From Candidatus Aenigmatarchaeota archaeon (GTDB taxonomy: Archaea > Aenigmatarchaeota > Aenigmatarchaeia > PWEA01), in assembly GCA_003553905.1 (NCBI GenBank), contig PWEA01000005.1, forward strand, positions 7,915 to 71,914: a stretch of 64,000 bases of DNA, in the 5' to 3' direction. Below, piece by piece: positions 28,069 through 37,987 of this stretch. A model generated the notes under the pieces. The model did no database searches and was not told the DNA's origin. It saw only the letters and a program-made list of their open reading frames with translations. Position 1 is the stretch's first letter. Every line of letters begins with the position of its first letter. The position numbers were made by a program, and so were the translations under genes.

Positions 28069-28398
28069 ATGTCAGAAGAAAAAAAGTTGTACGATAAAGA
28101 TAATGTCAAAAAAGGTGTCACAGAAGGACTGATGGACTTTGGAGATTATCTGACAAAGGGTTCAAAAAGCTTTCTGAAAGAAGTTTACGAAGGTGTCAAG
28201 TATAATCCAAAGGGAGAAGACTGGTATCCTGATACCTACGATGAAATCGATATAGGAGAAGACGAAGAAGAACTCTATATAGATCTAGAAAGTATGGTAG
28301 ATTATTGGAAGGACGTAGAAACAGAGTACAAGGATCTGAAGGATCACAAAGATACCCTTGTCGAAGACTTGGAGTACCTAGACTCCAACGAAGAGTAA
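28069..28398 (+). CDS. Hypothetical acidic protein
   Basis: 109 aa, very D/E-rich. Confidence 0.4.
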   Translation: MSEEKKLYDKDNVKKGVTEGLMDFGDYLTKGSKSFLKEVYEGVKYNPKGEDWYPDTYDEIDIGEDEEELYIDLESMVDYWKDVETEYKDLKDHKDTLVEDLEYLDSNEE

Positions 28399-28416
28399 AA
28401 TTTCTCAGGTGATTAT

Positions 28417-29433
28417 ATGAACGAAACAGAAATATATGAAAAACTTATGCGTGGCGTGGAAACCCGGGTAAAGGTAAAAGAGAAGATTAAAAATATTTCT
28501 CCAGAGTCCTTGATAAACAAAATAAACGGTTTTGAAAATGAGCTTGATGAAGGATACAACGAGTTTATAGGACCATGTCTACAGGAATACTGCAGCGTTC
28601 AGGAAAGACTGGAAAAGGTTCAGGAAGAAATAAACCAAGGAAGCGGGGACTGTGAGGAGTACAGGGATATTGAAAACAAAATCGAAGGTTCTTTTGGAGG
28701 ACTACCCTGGGAACCCGAGGACATAAAACAGATTGCAGACGAGGATGCAAAAGCCTACAACGATGCCATAAAAGAAAATGTTGACTCCGAAATACTTGAA
28801 AGAATAACTAATCAGGTAGATGTCTGGGAAAGTATGAAGGATTTAGTTAAAGAAAATCCAGGCGAACTGGAAAAAAGATTAGACCAAGCCCTTGAAGAAG
28901 AAAGGGGTCTGCTCGTTGAAATAGAAGAATCCATTGATCCTATATACAAGAAACAGGTGGAAATCGTTCGAAACTTAGAGGAAGCCGGTTATATAGAAAA
29001 CATCCTTGAAGATGCTGATAAGACGTACAATACAAGAGCCTACACAAAGGAAAGCAAGGCAATAAAATACCATGAGGGTCTATTGGACTTGAACGTTCTA
29101 GAGCAGAAAATGTACAATAACGGGAACAGAAGGGGGAGTGTACTGGATGACGATGATTATAAAATAGCAGACAGGATAAACGATATGACTATAGACGACA
29201 TCAACGACTGGAAGGTAAAAATAAATAGAGCTATGGAATCAGAAGAAAAATCGTACCTAGAACCAACAGAAGCACTCCAGGAAACAGTGAACGCATACGT
29301 AAATGAAATACTGGGGGGTAAAGACAGGAAGGGTGCAAAAGAAAAACTGAGAGTCGCTTACACAGACATAAGAGAGTGTACTAGCAAAGGACACGGAAAC
29401 GGTATACCCTGGCAGATCGTACAGGATATATAA
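28417..29433 (+). CDS. Hypothetical acidic helical protein
   Basis: 338 aa, charged and helical, no motif. Confidence 0.45.
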   Translation: MNETEIYEKLMRGVETRVKVKEKIKNISPESLINKINGFENELDEGYNEFIGPCLQEYCSVQERLEKVQEEINQGSGDCEEYRDIENKIEGSFGGLPWEPEDIKQIADEDAKAYNDAIKENVDSEILERITNQVDVWESMKDLVKENPGELEKRLDQALEEERGLLVEIEESIDPIYKKQVEIVRNLEEAGYIENILEDADKTYNTRAYTKESKAIKYHEGLLDLNVLEQKMYNNGNRRGSVLDDDDYKIADRINDMTIDDINDWKVKINRAMESEEKSYLEPTEALQETVNAYVNEILGGKDRKGAKEKLRVAYTDIRECTSKGHGNGIPWQIVQDI

Positions 29434-29478
29434 AAACCTAGTTTTTTATATAGGAGCCTTCAATTAATTACTGGTAGC

Positions 29479-30033
29479 ATGGACCTTTATCAGTTGATAT
29501 TCAGAGTAATTTTGGGGGTGGCCGAATGTTCCAGAGGTTCTGACTGGGGCTGTCTAACCGGAGATCCAACACATGATTTCATATATGCATTCCTACTTCC
29601 ACATATTGTTCTGTTCATTTTTCTATTCATATTTGCTCAACCAATCCATAAACTACACAATGGCCTGGGGGTTTTATTCGGGGTAGGTGCATACATATTC
29701 ATAATATACGAAGGATGGTACGGAGCTATCCTCGCTCCTCTGTTAATCTGGTGGTTTGTATTAAGTATCATTATGGGACTTGGATACTTTTTCATCACGA
29801 AGTTCATGGGTGCCGGTGAACAAAGAGGTAACGTAGGTAAATGGGCAGGTGAAAAGATCAAGAAAGGAATGAAAAAGGAGAAGGTTATACAGCAGCTTGA
29901 AATGGACATCAACGATTACAAACAAAAGTTAAAAAACACAAACAACGACGAACAGATTAAGATTTACACCCAAAAATTAGAAGAACTAAGAGAAACAAAG
30001 AAAAAAATAATGAGAGGAAATCTAGACCCCTGA
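29479..30033 (+). CDS. Membrane protein, distant member of the tandem paralog family (LPWLL..SQLGDG family)
   Basis: Three to four TM helices. FIFAQPIHKL resembles LLFAQPLMAF of the fourth paralog (31159..31653). C-terminal coiled-coil tail. Confidence 0.5.
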   Translation: MDLYQLIFRVILGVAECSRGSDWGCLTGDPTHDFIYAFLLPHIVLFIFLFIFAQPIHKLHNGLGVLFGVGAYIFIIYEGWYGAILAPLLIWWFVLSIIMGLGYFFITKFMGAGEQRGNVGKWAGEKIKKGMKKEKVIQQLEMDINDYKQKLKNTNNDEQIKIYTQKLEELRETKKKIMRGNLDP

Positions 30034-30048
30034 GGGTGAAAAAATACC

Positions 30049-30528
30049 ATGAGTTCTCCCTTTGTTCAGCTACTTCAAGACCCGACTGTACAGCCGTTCC
30101 TGCCATTTTTCTTTACGTTGGCGGTTGTTTACGGCCTATTGTCTATCATGGGAGAAGGTGATGAAGGACTTTTCGGGAAAAACTCTGTCAACCTTATAAT
30201 TTCTCTCGTATTTGCTTTTTTTGCGGCGGGCTACAGCCCCTTTGTAAATTTCTTCATAAACTATTTCGGCATAATACTATGGTCTTTCATAGGTCTCTTT
30301 TTCCTAGCCTTTTTCAAGAAAGCAATATCAGCAGGAGATGCAAATAGACAGGACAAAATAATAATAGTTGGTGCAGTTCTACTTGTAGGTGTTAGTCTGG
30401 CGGGGCTTGGTACAGGTTACATAAAAGATATGGATATACCGATAATAGGATCAGAGAACTTTATAGTGCTTATAGGACTTTTCCTTGTGATGTTCGTATT
30501 TTACAACGCATATAAGTTAAAGGAGTGA
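30049..30528 (+). CDS. Membrane protein, tandem paralog family member
   Basis: PFLPFFFTLAVVYGLLSIMGEGDEGLFGKNSVNLIISLVFAFF aligns with the LPWLLTFAIVYGVLSQLGDG..SDA.R.VI..VLAF core of the downstream paralogs. Confidence 0.55.
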   Translation: MSSPFVQLLQDPTVQPFLPFFFTLAVVYGLLSIMGEGDEGLFGKNSVNLIISLVFAFFAAGYSPFVNFFINYFGIILWSFIGLFFLAFFKKAISAGDANRQDKIIIVGAVLLVGVSLAGLGTGYIKDMDIPIIGSENFIVLIGLFLVMFVFYNAYKLKE

Positions 30529-30609
30529 AAACTTAGTCTGAATATTTTCAAAAGTGGCAGTACTGGTTGAAGCTTTAAATAAGTAACCTCGAAAGAATAA
30601 AATGGTAAG

Positions 30610-31107
30610 ATGTCAGGAAGCATTATAGGACAAATGATACAGAACCTCGAGGGTCTAGGCTTCTTTGCATATCTACTACCTTGGTTACTTACTCTGGCAA
30701 TAGTATTCGGAGTGCTAGAACATTATGATATGCCCGAGTCAACTTCAGCCAGAGGTGTAATAGCAATAGTTGCTGCATTTGTTGTACTTCCTGTAGGCAA
30801 TATAATAGCTCCATTTTTAAAGAATATAGTCACGGGACTTGTAGCTATAGGAGTCGGTATTCTGGTTGCAGTAATCTTTATAGAACTCCTGGGGTACAAG
30901 GTCAGTGAAAAGGAAAATATCTTCCTTGCAAATCCTATGAGCTTCGGTGTAATAATGATAATACTTGCTGTTATGGTATTCATCGGTGCCGGTGGAATGG
31001 ACCTTGTAGGGTTTAGCATAGATATTACGAGCGAGCTTGTAACGCTACTTGCCTTCCTAGCTGTGATATCGCTGGGTGTTTGGTTTATGGCAGCAAAGGA
31101 AAGTTAA
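30610..31107 (+). CDS. Membrane protein, tandem paralog family member
   Basis: LPWLLTLAIVFGVLEHYDMPESTSARGVIAIVAAFVV shares the core motif. Confidence 0.55.
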   Translation: MSGSIIGQMIQNLEGLGFFAYLLPWLLTLAIVFGVLEHYDMPESTSARGVIAIVAAFVVLPVGNIIAPFLKNIVTGLVAIGVGILVAVIFIELLGYKVSEKENIFLANPMSFGVIMIILAVMVFIGAGGMDLVGFSIDITSELVTLLAFLAVISLGVWFMAAKES

Positions 31108-31158
31108 TGTAAGCGAAAGGCTTAAAAAGTTTAAGGAGGAAAAGTAAGGTGTGAAAAG

Positions 31159-31653
31159 ATGAACGGAGTTGCTTTGGATCTTTTTGGAATGGGAGCTGCA
31201 GATTCTTTCTTTATATATGCTATGCCCTGGCTTCTTGTTTTTGCCCTTGTATACGGGATACTTTCACAGTTAGGTGATGGAGGACTACCCAAAAGCGATG
31301 CGTCCAGGGTTGTGATATCAGTAGTACTCGCTTTTTTCTCCCTTCTGTTTGCCCAGCCACTAATGGCTTTTCTTCAGGCAATGGGAGGAAGCACAATCGT
31401 GGTACTCACAGGCTTCTTGTTTTTCCTTATATTACTCGAAATAACAAGTGAAGATGGCGCCATGAAGTTTGTAAGCCAACGTCCAAAGGCCTTTGGTATA
31501 GGTATACTGGCCGTTATAGTTGTTTTATTCCTTGGGTCGGGTGGCATGGAAATGATTGGATGGGGAAACATAGATCCCCAACTGAACCCTGTAACTGTGT
31601 TTTTCCTTGTCATAGTTGCCGTTTCGATATGGTGGATGGTAAATGAAAACTAA
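31159..31653 (+). CDS. Membrane protein, tandem paralog family member
   Basis: MPWLLVFALVYGILSQLGDGGLPKSDASRVVISVVLAFF. Confidence 0.55.
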   Translation: MNGVALDLFGMGAADSFFIYAMPWLLVFALVYGILSQLGDGGLPKSDASRVVISVVLAFFSLLFAQPLMAFLQAMGGSTIVVLTGFLFFLILLEITSEDGAMKFVSQRPKAFGIGILAVIVVLFLGSGGMEMIGWGNIDPQLNPVTVFFLVIVAVSIWWMVNEN

Positions 31654-31665
31654 AAGGTGATATAA

Positions 31666-32268
31666 ATGTTTAATATAGCAAATGGTATGACTGCCTTGAT
31701 GGCGCAGACAGGACCAATCGACGAAGTATCACAGATAATCGGGATAGACTTCTTCTCAATGGTGCTTCCATGGCTTCTGACCTTCGCTATAGTATACGGA
31801 GTACTTTCACAGTTAGGTGATGGAGATGGACTACCCGAAAGTGATGCAGCCAGGGCGGTAATCGGAATAGTACTGGCATTTGTAATAGCACCTGTTCTTT
31901 CGCCTTATGTCATACAGCTCGCTGCGCTTTCAACCGGATTCGTAGCCTTGATCGCCGGAGTAATTCTGCTTTCAATATTCGTTCAGATAGCAGGCTTCGA
32001 AGGTGGTGGAGGTGGAAAGAAGTTCTTCGGGAAGTATCCGACATTAACAGGATTCACTGTCTTCGTACTCGCGGTATTGATTTTCATAGGATCAGGTGCA
32101 CATGAAGCCCTTGGTATAACAATCCCAGGATACATATCACAAAACTATCCGCTGTTGTTTTTCCTTGCATTCATGGTTATGATTGTACACTGGATGGTCA
32201 AGGGAGACGAAGACAACAAAAAAAGCGGCGGTAAACCAAAGCAACAAAGACCGAAACAACAGAATTAA
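31666..32268 (+). CDS. Membrane protein, tandem paralog family member
   Basis: LPWLLTFAIVYGVLSQLGDGDGLPESDAARAVIGIVLAFV, plus a Gly run and a basic tail. Confidence 0.55.
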   Translation: MFNIANGMTALMAQTGPIDEVSQIIGIDFFSMVLPWLLTFAIVYGVLSQLGDGDGLPESDAARAVIGIVLAFVIAPVLSPYVIQLAALSTGFVALIAGVILLSIFVQIAGFEGGGGGKKFFGKYPTLTGFTVFVLAVLIFIGSGAHEALGITIPGYISQNYPLLFFLAFMVMIVHWMVKGDEDNKKSGGKPKQQRPKQQN

Positions 32269-32279
32269 AATCTTTTCTC

Positions 32280-33074
32280 TTAGTCTGTTGGAATAGCTGA
32301 CATCCCGTCCTTTTCGTCTTGATTTTCCTCCAAAGAATCACCACCTACCATAGCCAAAGCCTTGTTTCTGTTGTCTCTCGATAGTTTTGGTAAAAACTCC
32401 TTAAATGCTCTTTCCAAAGAACTAACTCTGGATTCGATGCTCTCGACCCGAGAAAGTGCTTCATCTGCATCTTCTTCTATGTCTCTTATCTTTTTACGCT
32501 GGCTTTTTTCAAGATCTTCGACCTTGTCTTTGACGCTTTCAAGTTCTGTGTTTATATCACCGATATCATCGATAAGACCACTTAACTCGAGTTCTACGTT
32601 ATCCCACTTTTCATCGATTATCTCTTCCACAAGTATTTCGAGTTCTATCTGATCTTCATCTGACATCCCTGTCTTGTTACTGGACGGCTGTGAAAAATCG
32701 CTGTCTTCCTGATTTTCTTCCTGATTTGTAAAAGATGATGACGGCTGGGGTGCAATGAAGTTTTTATCGGAGATACCATCACCTGAACTACTGTAATCGG
32801 CTGGAATTTCTTCGTCGAAGTCCGGTGAACCACGAGCAACCCTTTCTTCTCCGGAGAAGCTTGAAACCTTGTTTTTGAGTACTTTGTTCATACTCCTCTC
32901 TATCTCATCGTTTGGATAGCCCTTGGCCTTGAGTTCATCGATTATCTCCATCTCAGAATATCCTCTCGAAGCAAGTCTCCTGACCTCTCCTGTAGGAGAC
33001 CCACCCCCAGAAGAATCTAAACTATCACTCCTCTCACTACCTCCGTCGGTGTTATTACCCAAACCAAGAACCAT
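32280..33074 (-). CDS. Acidic coiled-coil protein with small N-terminal helical (UBA-like?) module
   Basis: RRLASRGYSEMEIIDELKAKGYPNDEIERSMNKV, then a low-complexity acidic linker and a C-terminal heptad coiled coil. Divergent from the pilus ATPase operon. Confidence 0.5.
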   Translation of the reverse strand: MVLGLGNNTDGGSERSDSLDSSGGGSPTGEVRRLASRGYSEMEIIDELKAKGYPNDEIERSMNKVLKNKVSSFSGEERVARGSPDFDEEIPADYSSSGDGISDKNFIAPQPSSSFTNQEENQEDSDFSQPSSNKTGMSDEDQIELEILVEEIIDEKWDNVELELSGLIDDIGDINTELESVKDKVEDLEKSQRKKIRDIEEDADEALSRVESIESRVSSLERAFKEFLPKLSRDNRNKALAMVGGDSLEENQDEKDGMSAIPTD

Positions 33075-33079
33075 GTTAC

Positions 33080-33481
33080 CTACTTTCTCCTTTGAAACTC
33101 CTCTTTAATAAGTCTTTTTACTTCTTCTTCGGTAAGAAACTCCGTCTCGAGGGGAGAAAAAAGATCTACGAAGCTTTTCACCTCTTCGAACTCGCCTCTG
33201 CGGGGAACGTCCTCCAGTCTTTCCTTGATCTTGGGTATTTTGTTTTCTACCTTCATTATCCTCATTAGAAGTTCGTCCAGTCCGTCCTTTACCTTTTCTA
33301 TGTCCTCGACTTCCTTCTTTTCTAGATCCATCAACCGATCTTCTATAGACTTAAGGTTCGATTCCATGGAGTTACTTCTTTTCTCCACATCTCTGATACG
33401 TCTGGAATTTCCTTTAACACGGTCCAAAAGCTCCCGTACAATATCCCTGAGACCCGAATCATCCGCCTCACCGAAAGCCAT
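33080..33481 (-). CDS. Coiled-coil protein
   Basis: 133 aa, almost entirely heptad-like K/E/R-rich helix. Confidence 0.5.
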   Translation of the reverse strand: MAFGEADDSGLRDIVRELLDRVKGNSRRIRDVEKRSNSMESNLKSIEDRLMDLEKKEVEDIEKVKDGLDELLMRIMKVENKIPKIKERLEDVPRRGEFEEVKSFVDLFSPLETEFLTEEEVKRLIKEEFQRRK

Positions 33482-33562
33482 AGTATCAGTTTACTTTATT
33501 AGAACTTTACTTAATAAAGTTAGAGGGATACAAAACTTTTAGAAGCTCCTACACAAAAGATA

Positions 33563-33570
33563 AGTATATA
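33563..33570 (+). promoter_or_regulatory. Candidate archaeal TATA box for the ATPase operon (leaderless transcript)
   Basis: AGTATATA lies ~20-25 nt upstream of ATG 33588. The intergenic region is shared with the divergent coiled-coil genes. Confidence 0.3.
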
Positions 33571-33578
33571 CCTGTACT

Positions 33579-35861
33579 GTGGTTCAAATGCCATGTGATT
33601 ACGAATACAACCAAAAGGAAAATAAAATAGAAGTAAACTGCTCTGGATGCATCTACGGAAGTAGTGTAGCTGACTACGAGGAGTGTATGGCGAACACAAT
33701 CGATAAAATTCTTGAAGTAAAAGGAGTAGAATCGATTGTATTCAAAAACAGCCGTGAACACGAGTATCCGTATGAGCAGACAAAGCTCCTTGTAGAGATA
33801 GCCCAGGTTCTTAAGGATCTGACCAAAGACAAGGGTCTAAGGAAACTAAAGAAGCTAGATGTACCGGGCTGCAACAAATATTTCCGGGAAAAATATTCGG
33901 AGCTACAGAATATAATCCTCGAAGAACTGAGCAAGGACCCAATAGGTACGTACATACATCTCAAAAGAAAGATAAGGCATCTCAAGATCCAATTAAAGGA
34001 AAATAAGGGTGGTTCACAGAACGAGTGCAGAGAAAAGTACATGAACAAAATACTTATACCAATAAAGGACGAGATCGAGAACACGGGAATGATACAGGGG
34101 GTTAAAAACCAACTTTCCGGATATCGACCAGGCAGGAGAGACGCCTACAGAGAGCTTTTTTACCCTTCTGTACGACCAAACTTCATGCGGACAAAATACA
34201 TGAGACAAGCCCCCGAAGAAGGTAAGAAGGTAGAACATTATGATGTAGGAACTTCTGATGTAGATATATACAGACTGCCTGAAGAAACCAGGCCTCTATA
34301 CCACTTTTCCCCTCCCGAGTTCAAACTCGAGGAGGAAGAATATAAGATACTAGACGAGGCTCAGAGATATATCAGCGAGCATAGACCCGAAACTACCGAG
34401 TTTGCAGAGTCGAAGAGAACCAGGGAAGTTTTCACATCAATATGCAGGGACCTGGTGAAAGACATAGCGGATAATAAGAAAACTGTACTGGAAACCGATC
34501 AGGTCGAAAGACTCACAACCATACTAGGTAGATATACAGGTGGTTTGGGGATACTTGAAGCACTCCTGGAGGACAAAAGAATCCAAGACATATACATAAA
34601 CTCACCAATAGGAAACAAACCGATCTTCGTCAACCACGAAAAATATGGAGAATGCAAAACAAATATAATACCCACCCAAGACGATGCAGAAAGCTGGGCA
34701 ACAAAACTAAGACTTTCGAGTGGAAGACCATTGGACGAAGCCAATCCGGTTCTTGATGCATCCATAGAGGTACCCGGAGGAAGTGCAAGGATAACGGTCA
34801 TAGCTCCCACGCTTTCACCTGAAGGTATTGGTTTTGCTATAAGAAGACACAGAGAAGATCCATGGACATATCCACTGTACTTGAGACCGGATATAAACTA
34901 TATAAATCCACTTTTTGCAGGTCTCATGAGCTTCATAATCGATGGTGGACGTACGTTCCTCGTTGGGGGTGGAAGGGGTTCTGGAAAAACATCACTTCTC
35001 GGAGCCTCGATGCTTGAAATGAAGAGAGACTGGAGGATACTTACAGCAGAGGATACATTAGAGCTACCAGTCGAAAGGCTCAAAAGGCTTGACTACGATG
35101 CACAGAGATTAAAGTCAAGGTCTGTTATAACCCAGGTAGAAACCGAACTTCCTGCGTCGGAAGCAATACGAACGGCCCTTCGTCTGGGTGATTCAGCACT
35201 AGTTATAGGTGAAGTAAGGAGCACGGAAGCAAAGGCCCTCTACGAAGCCATGCGTATAGGAGCGATGGCTAAAACGGTCGCCGGTACTATACATGGTGAA
35301 TCAGCATACGGTCTTTTCGACCGTGTTGTAAACGACCTCGGAGTCCCAAAGACATCTTTCAAAGCTACAGACATCGTAGTTATATGCAACAGGATAAAGA
35401 GCGCATCCGGTCTCGAGGAAATAAGAAGAGTAACAAGTGTTACTGAAGTAAGAAAACACTGGTCCGATGATCCCAGGGCAGAGGATGGATTTGTTCCTCT
35501 TATGAAATATTCGGCAGAAGATGACGAGTTAAAACCGACCGACACTCTACTAAACGGTGAGTCAGAGGTTCTGAATAAGATATCTTCACAGGTCAAGGAC
35601 TGGGCAGGAAGGTGGGATAGGGTCTGGGAAAATATAGAGCTCAGGGCTAAGGTTAAAAAAGCCATAACCGACTATGCACTCGAAACAGGTGAAGAAGATC
35701 TAATGGAAGCCCCGTTTGTTGTCAAGAGCAACAGCAAGTTCCGCCTTATCATGGACGAGGTAAAAAAGAAGACAGGTTACATAGACCCGGATGAAACCTT
35801 CGATAAGTGGGAACAATGGCTCAAGGATCAGATAAAGACTGGTGAATTTAGGAATGTTTAA
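33579..35861 (+). CDS. Type II/IV secretion-system ATPase (FlaI/TadA/PilB/VirB11 family) with extended N-terminal region
   Basis: Walker A GGGRGSGKTSLLGA, Asp box ILTAEDTLEL, GEVRSTEA and a TIHGE His box. 760 aa from the GTG at 33579; the alternative ATG at 33588 would be leaderless. Confidence 0.8.
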   Translation: MVQMPCDYEYNQKENKIEVNCSGCIYGSSVADYEECMANTIDKILEVKGVESIVFKNSREHEYPYEQTKLLVEIAQVLKDLTKDKGLRKLKKLDVPGCNKYFREKYSELQNIILEELSKDPIGTYIHLKRKIRHLKIQLKENKGGSQNECREKYMNKILIPIKDEIENTGMIQGVKNQLSGYRPGRRDAYRELFYPSVRPNFMRTKYMRQAPEEGKKVEHYDVGTSDVDIYRLPEETRPLYHFSPPEFKLEEEEYKILDEAQRYISEHRPETTEFAESKRTREVFTSICRDLVKDIADNKKTVLETDQVERLTTILGRYTGGLGILEALLEDKRIQDIYINSPIGNKPIFVNHEKYGECKTNIIPTQDDAESWATKLRLSSGRPLDEANPVLDASIEVPGGSARITVIAPTLSPEGIGFAIRRHREDPWTYPLYLRPDINYINPLFAGLMSFIIDGGRTFLVGGGRGSGKTSLLGASMLEMKRDWRILTAEDTLELPVERLKRLDYDAQRLKSRSVITQVETELPASEAIRTALRLGDSALVIGEVRSTEAKALYEAMRIGAMAKTVAGTIHGESAYGLFDRVVNDLGVPKTSFKATDIVVICNRIKSASGLEEIRRVTSVTEVRKHWSDDPRAEDGFVPLMKYSAEDDELKPTDTLLNGESEVLNKISSQVKDWAGRWDRVWENIELRAKVKKAITDYALETGEEDLMEAPFVVKSNSKFRLIMDEVKKKTGYIDPDETFDKWEQWLKDQIKTGEFRNV

Positions 35862-37938
35862 GGGCGATAAGGATGACCGCAAAGAAGAGATAAAAAGACT
35901 TCTGGAAAGAAGAAACGAAGGACTCCGGATGCCCGAAAGCAGAAAAAGAACATTCACATCGAGGGAGTACGAAACATTCTTAAAAGAGGAACAGAAGCAG
36001 AGGAAACTATCACTTTACGAAAAACTATGTAATATTGCCGAAAATATAATAGTCGTAGAGCCGTCCGATGAAAAGAGGGAGGAGATGGAACGGTCAATAG
36101 ATATGACCTACATGAATATAACCCCTGAGGGGGCCTACTCTCTAGCCATTCTGTCCGGTATCGGCATCTTTGTCACTGCGATATTACTTATGGTACTGGG
36201 TCTTGCCTCGATAATATTTGGTCTCCTCATGTTTATACTGGGTGGTGTATCAATATACCTCCTCGCAGAATATCCAAATTCGGAGGCCAGGCTTTTCCGG
36301 GTCAAAGCTGCCGATCAGATTATGCTTGCTGTGATATACATGGTCATATACATGCGTACTTCTCCTAACCTCGAAGGTGCAGTTAAATTCACCGCCAAGC
36401 ATCTAGGAGAGCCCCTTTCACTTGATTTCAAAAAACTGCTCTGGGATGTAGAAACCCGAAACTATGTTTCGATGAGGGAAGCCCTTTCCGCCTACCTGGA
36501 AAAGTGGGAAGACAACAAAACCTTCGTGGAAGCTATACAGATAATAGAAGACTCGATGCAACAAGCCGGAGAAAAAAGAAAAAGAATGCTCAACGAAGCA
36601 ATAAACACGATGATGACAGGCTCAAGAGAGATGATGAAAAACTACTCAAACAAACTCGAACTTCCTATACTCGTAATACACGCCCTCGGTATAATGCTTC
36701 CTATCATGGTTCTGATAATGTTCCCTATAATAATGCTTATGCTTGAAGAAACTATCCGGCCTGCGTTTCTCATTCTGGGCTACAATGTTATACTACCGCT
36801 CATAATATATCTAACAGGAAAAAGAACGCTGGAGTACAGGCCGATGGGATTTTCTGAGCCTGACATATCAAAACATCCGGACCACATTCCCTCTGGAATG
36901 ATAAACATCGCAGGTAAGGAGATAAAGATATGGCCTATATCTGTTCTTCTGTCGGTTCCTGTGATAATTACCGGTATCTATCTGGTTAACTTCTACGCAG
37001 GTACAGATATATCAACTCAGCTCTACACGTCAATAATCATAACCATCGGAATAGCACTGGGTCCTTCGAGCTACTTCTACCTCGACTCCAGCGCTAAGCT
37101 CAAGATAAGGAAGGAGGTGAAGGATATCGAGGATGAATTTTCGGAGTCTCTTTTCTCACTGGGTAATATACTCAAGCTGGGTAAGCCAATGGAGAGGGCC
37201 ATGGAAGAAGCTGCTGTAAAAAATAAGGATATGGACATATCGAAGATGTTCGATATAGTCGTAAACAATATCAAAAAGGGTGGGATGAACATCAGGAAGG
37301 CTTTTTTCGATGATGAATACGGTGCAGTGTGGCATTATCCTTCGACACTCATAATATCCGTCATGAAAATCGTCATAGATGCGACAAAAAAGGGTTCCGA
37401 TATTGTCTCTAGGTCAACTATATCAATATCAAAGTATCTACAACAGCTCGATGAGATAGAAGAAGACCTGAAAAATATGCTCTCTTCGGAGACTACTTCT
37501 ATGCAGTTCCTGGGAACGTTTCTTGGACCCTTTGTGGCAGGTGTTTCTGTGGCCATGGCTGCTATAATGATATCAATATTCCAAGGTGTGGGTGGTTCAT
37601 TGGATGCACTGGCAGGAACCGGAACCTCACCCGGTGTTGGAGGTCTAGGTGGGATGGGACTCAATGAAGGCCTAGTAGGTGGATGGGGTTCAGCAGAAAA
37701 TATGATACCCATATCATGGATACAGGTTGTCGTAGGTCTCTATGCTATCCAGACATCCTACCTTCTTTCTATGCTAACATCCGGCATAGAAAACGGTCCC
37801 GGTGACCAAATAAAGAAAAGACAGTCCGCAGCAATTATGATAATGATAGGTGTAATAGTCTACGGTGTTTCAATTGCTGTGGTTTGGCAAATATTCGGAG
37901 GGCAGATATCTGAACTTCTAGCAGCAACCATAAACTGA
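35842..37938 (+). CDS. FlaJ/TadC-like polytopic membrane platform protein
   Basis: 698 aa. Cytoplasmic helical domains alternate with clusters of TM helices, the two-T2SS_F-domain layout. Overlaps the ATPase by 20 nt, suggesting translational coupling. Confidence 0.7.
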   Translation: MNLGMFKGDKDDRKEEIKRLLERRNEGLRMPESRKRTFTSREYETFLKEEQKQRKLSLYEKLCNIAENIIVVEPSDEKREEMERSIDMTYMNITPEGAYSLAILSGIGIFVTAILLMVLGLASIIFGLLMFILGGVSIYLLAEYPNSEARLFRVKAADQIMLAVIYMVIYMRTSPNLEGAVKFTAKHLGEPLSLDFKKLLWDVETRNYVSMREALSAYLEKWEDNKTFVEAIQIIEDSMQQAGEKRKRMLNEAINTMMTGSREMMKNYSNKLELPILVIHALGIMLPIMVLIMFPIIMLMLEETIRPAFLILGYNVILPLIIYLTGKRTLEYRPMGFSEPDISKHPDHIPSGMINIAGKEIKIWPISVLLSVPVIITGIYLVNFYAGTDISTQLYTSIIITIGIALGPSSYFYLDSSAKLKIRKEVKDIEDEFSESLFSLGNILKLGKPMERAMEEAAVKNKDMDISKMFDIVVNNIKKGGMNIRKAFFDDEYGAVWHYPSTLIISVMKIVIDATKKGSDIVSRSTISISKYLQQLDEIEEDLKNMLSSETTSMQFLGTFLGPFVAGVSVAMAAIMISIFQGVGGSLDALAGTGTSPGVGGLGGMGLNEGLVGGWGSAENMIPISWIQVVVGLYAIQTSYLLSMLTSGIENGPGDQIKKRQSAAIMIMIGVIVYGVSIAVVWQIFGGQISELLAATIN

Positions 37939-37987
37939 GGGAGGAAAACAATAAAAACAAGGTAAAACAAGGTTTACCTAGGTCCAC

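Noticed and set aside
36504-36746. 80-aa R/K-rich ORF inside the FlaJ-like gene
   Set aside because: It is an alternative frame of a long, well-structured membrane-protein gene. The product is highly basic and low-complexity.
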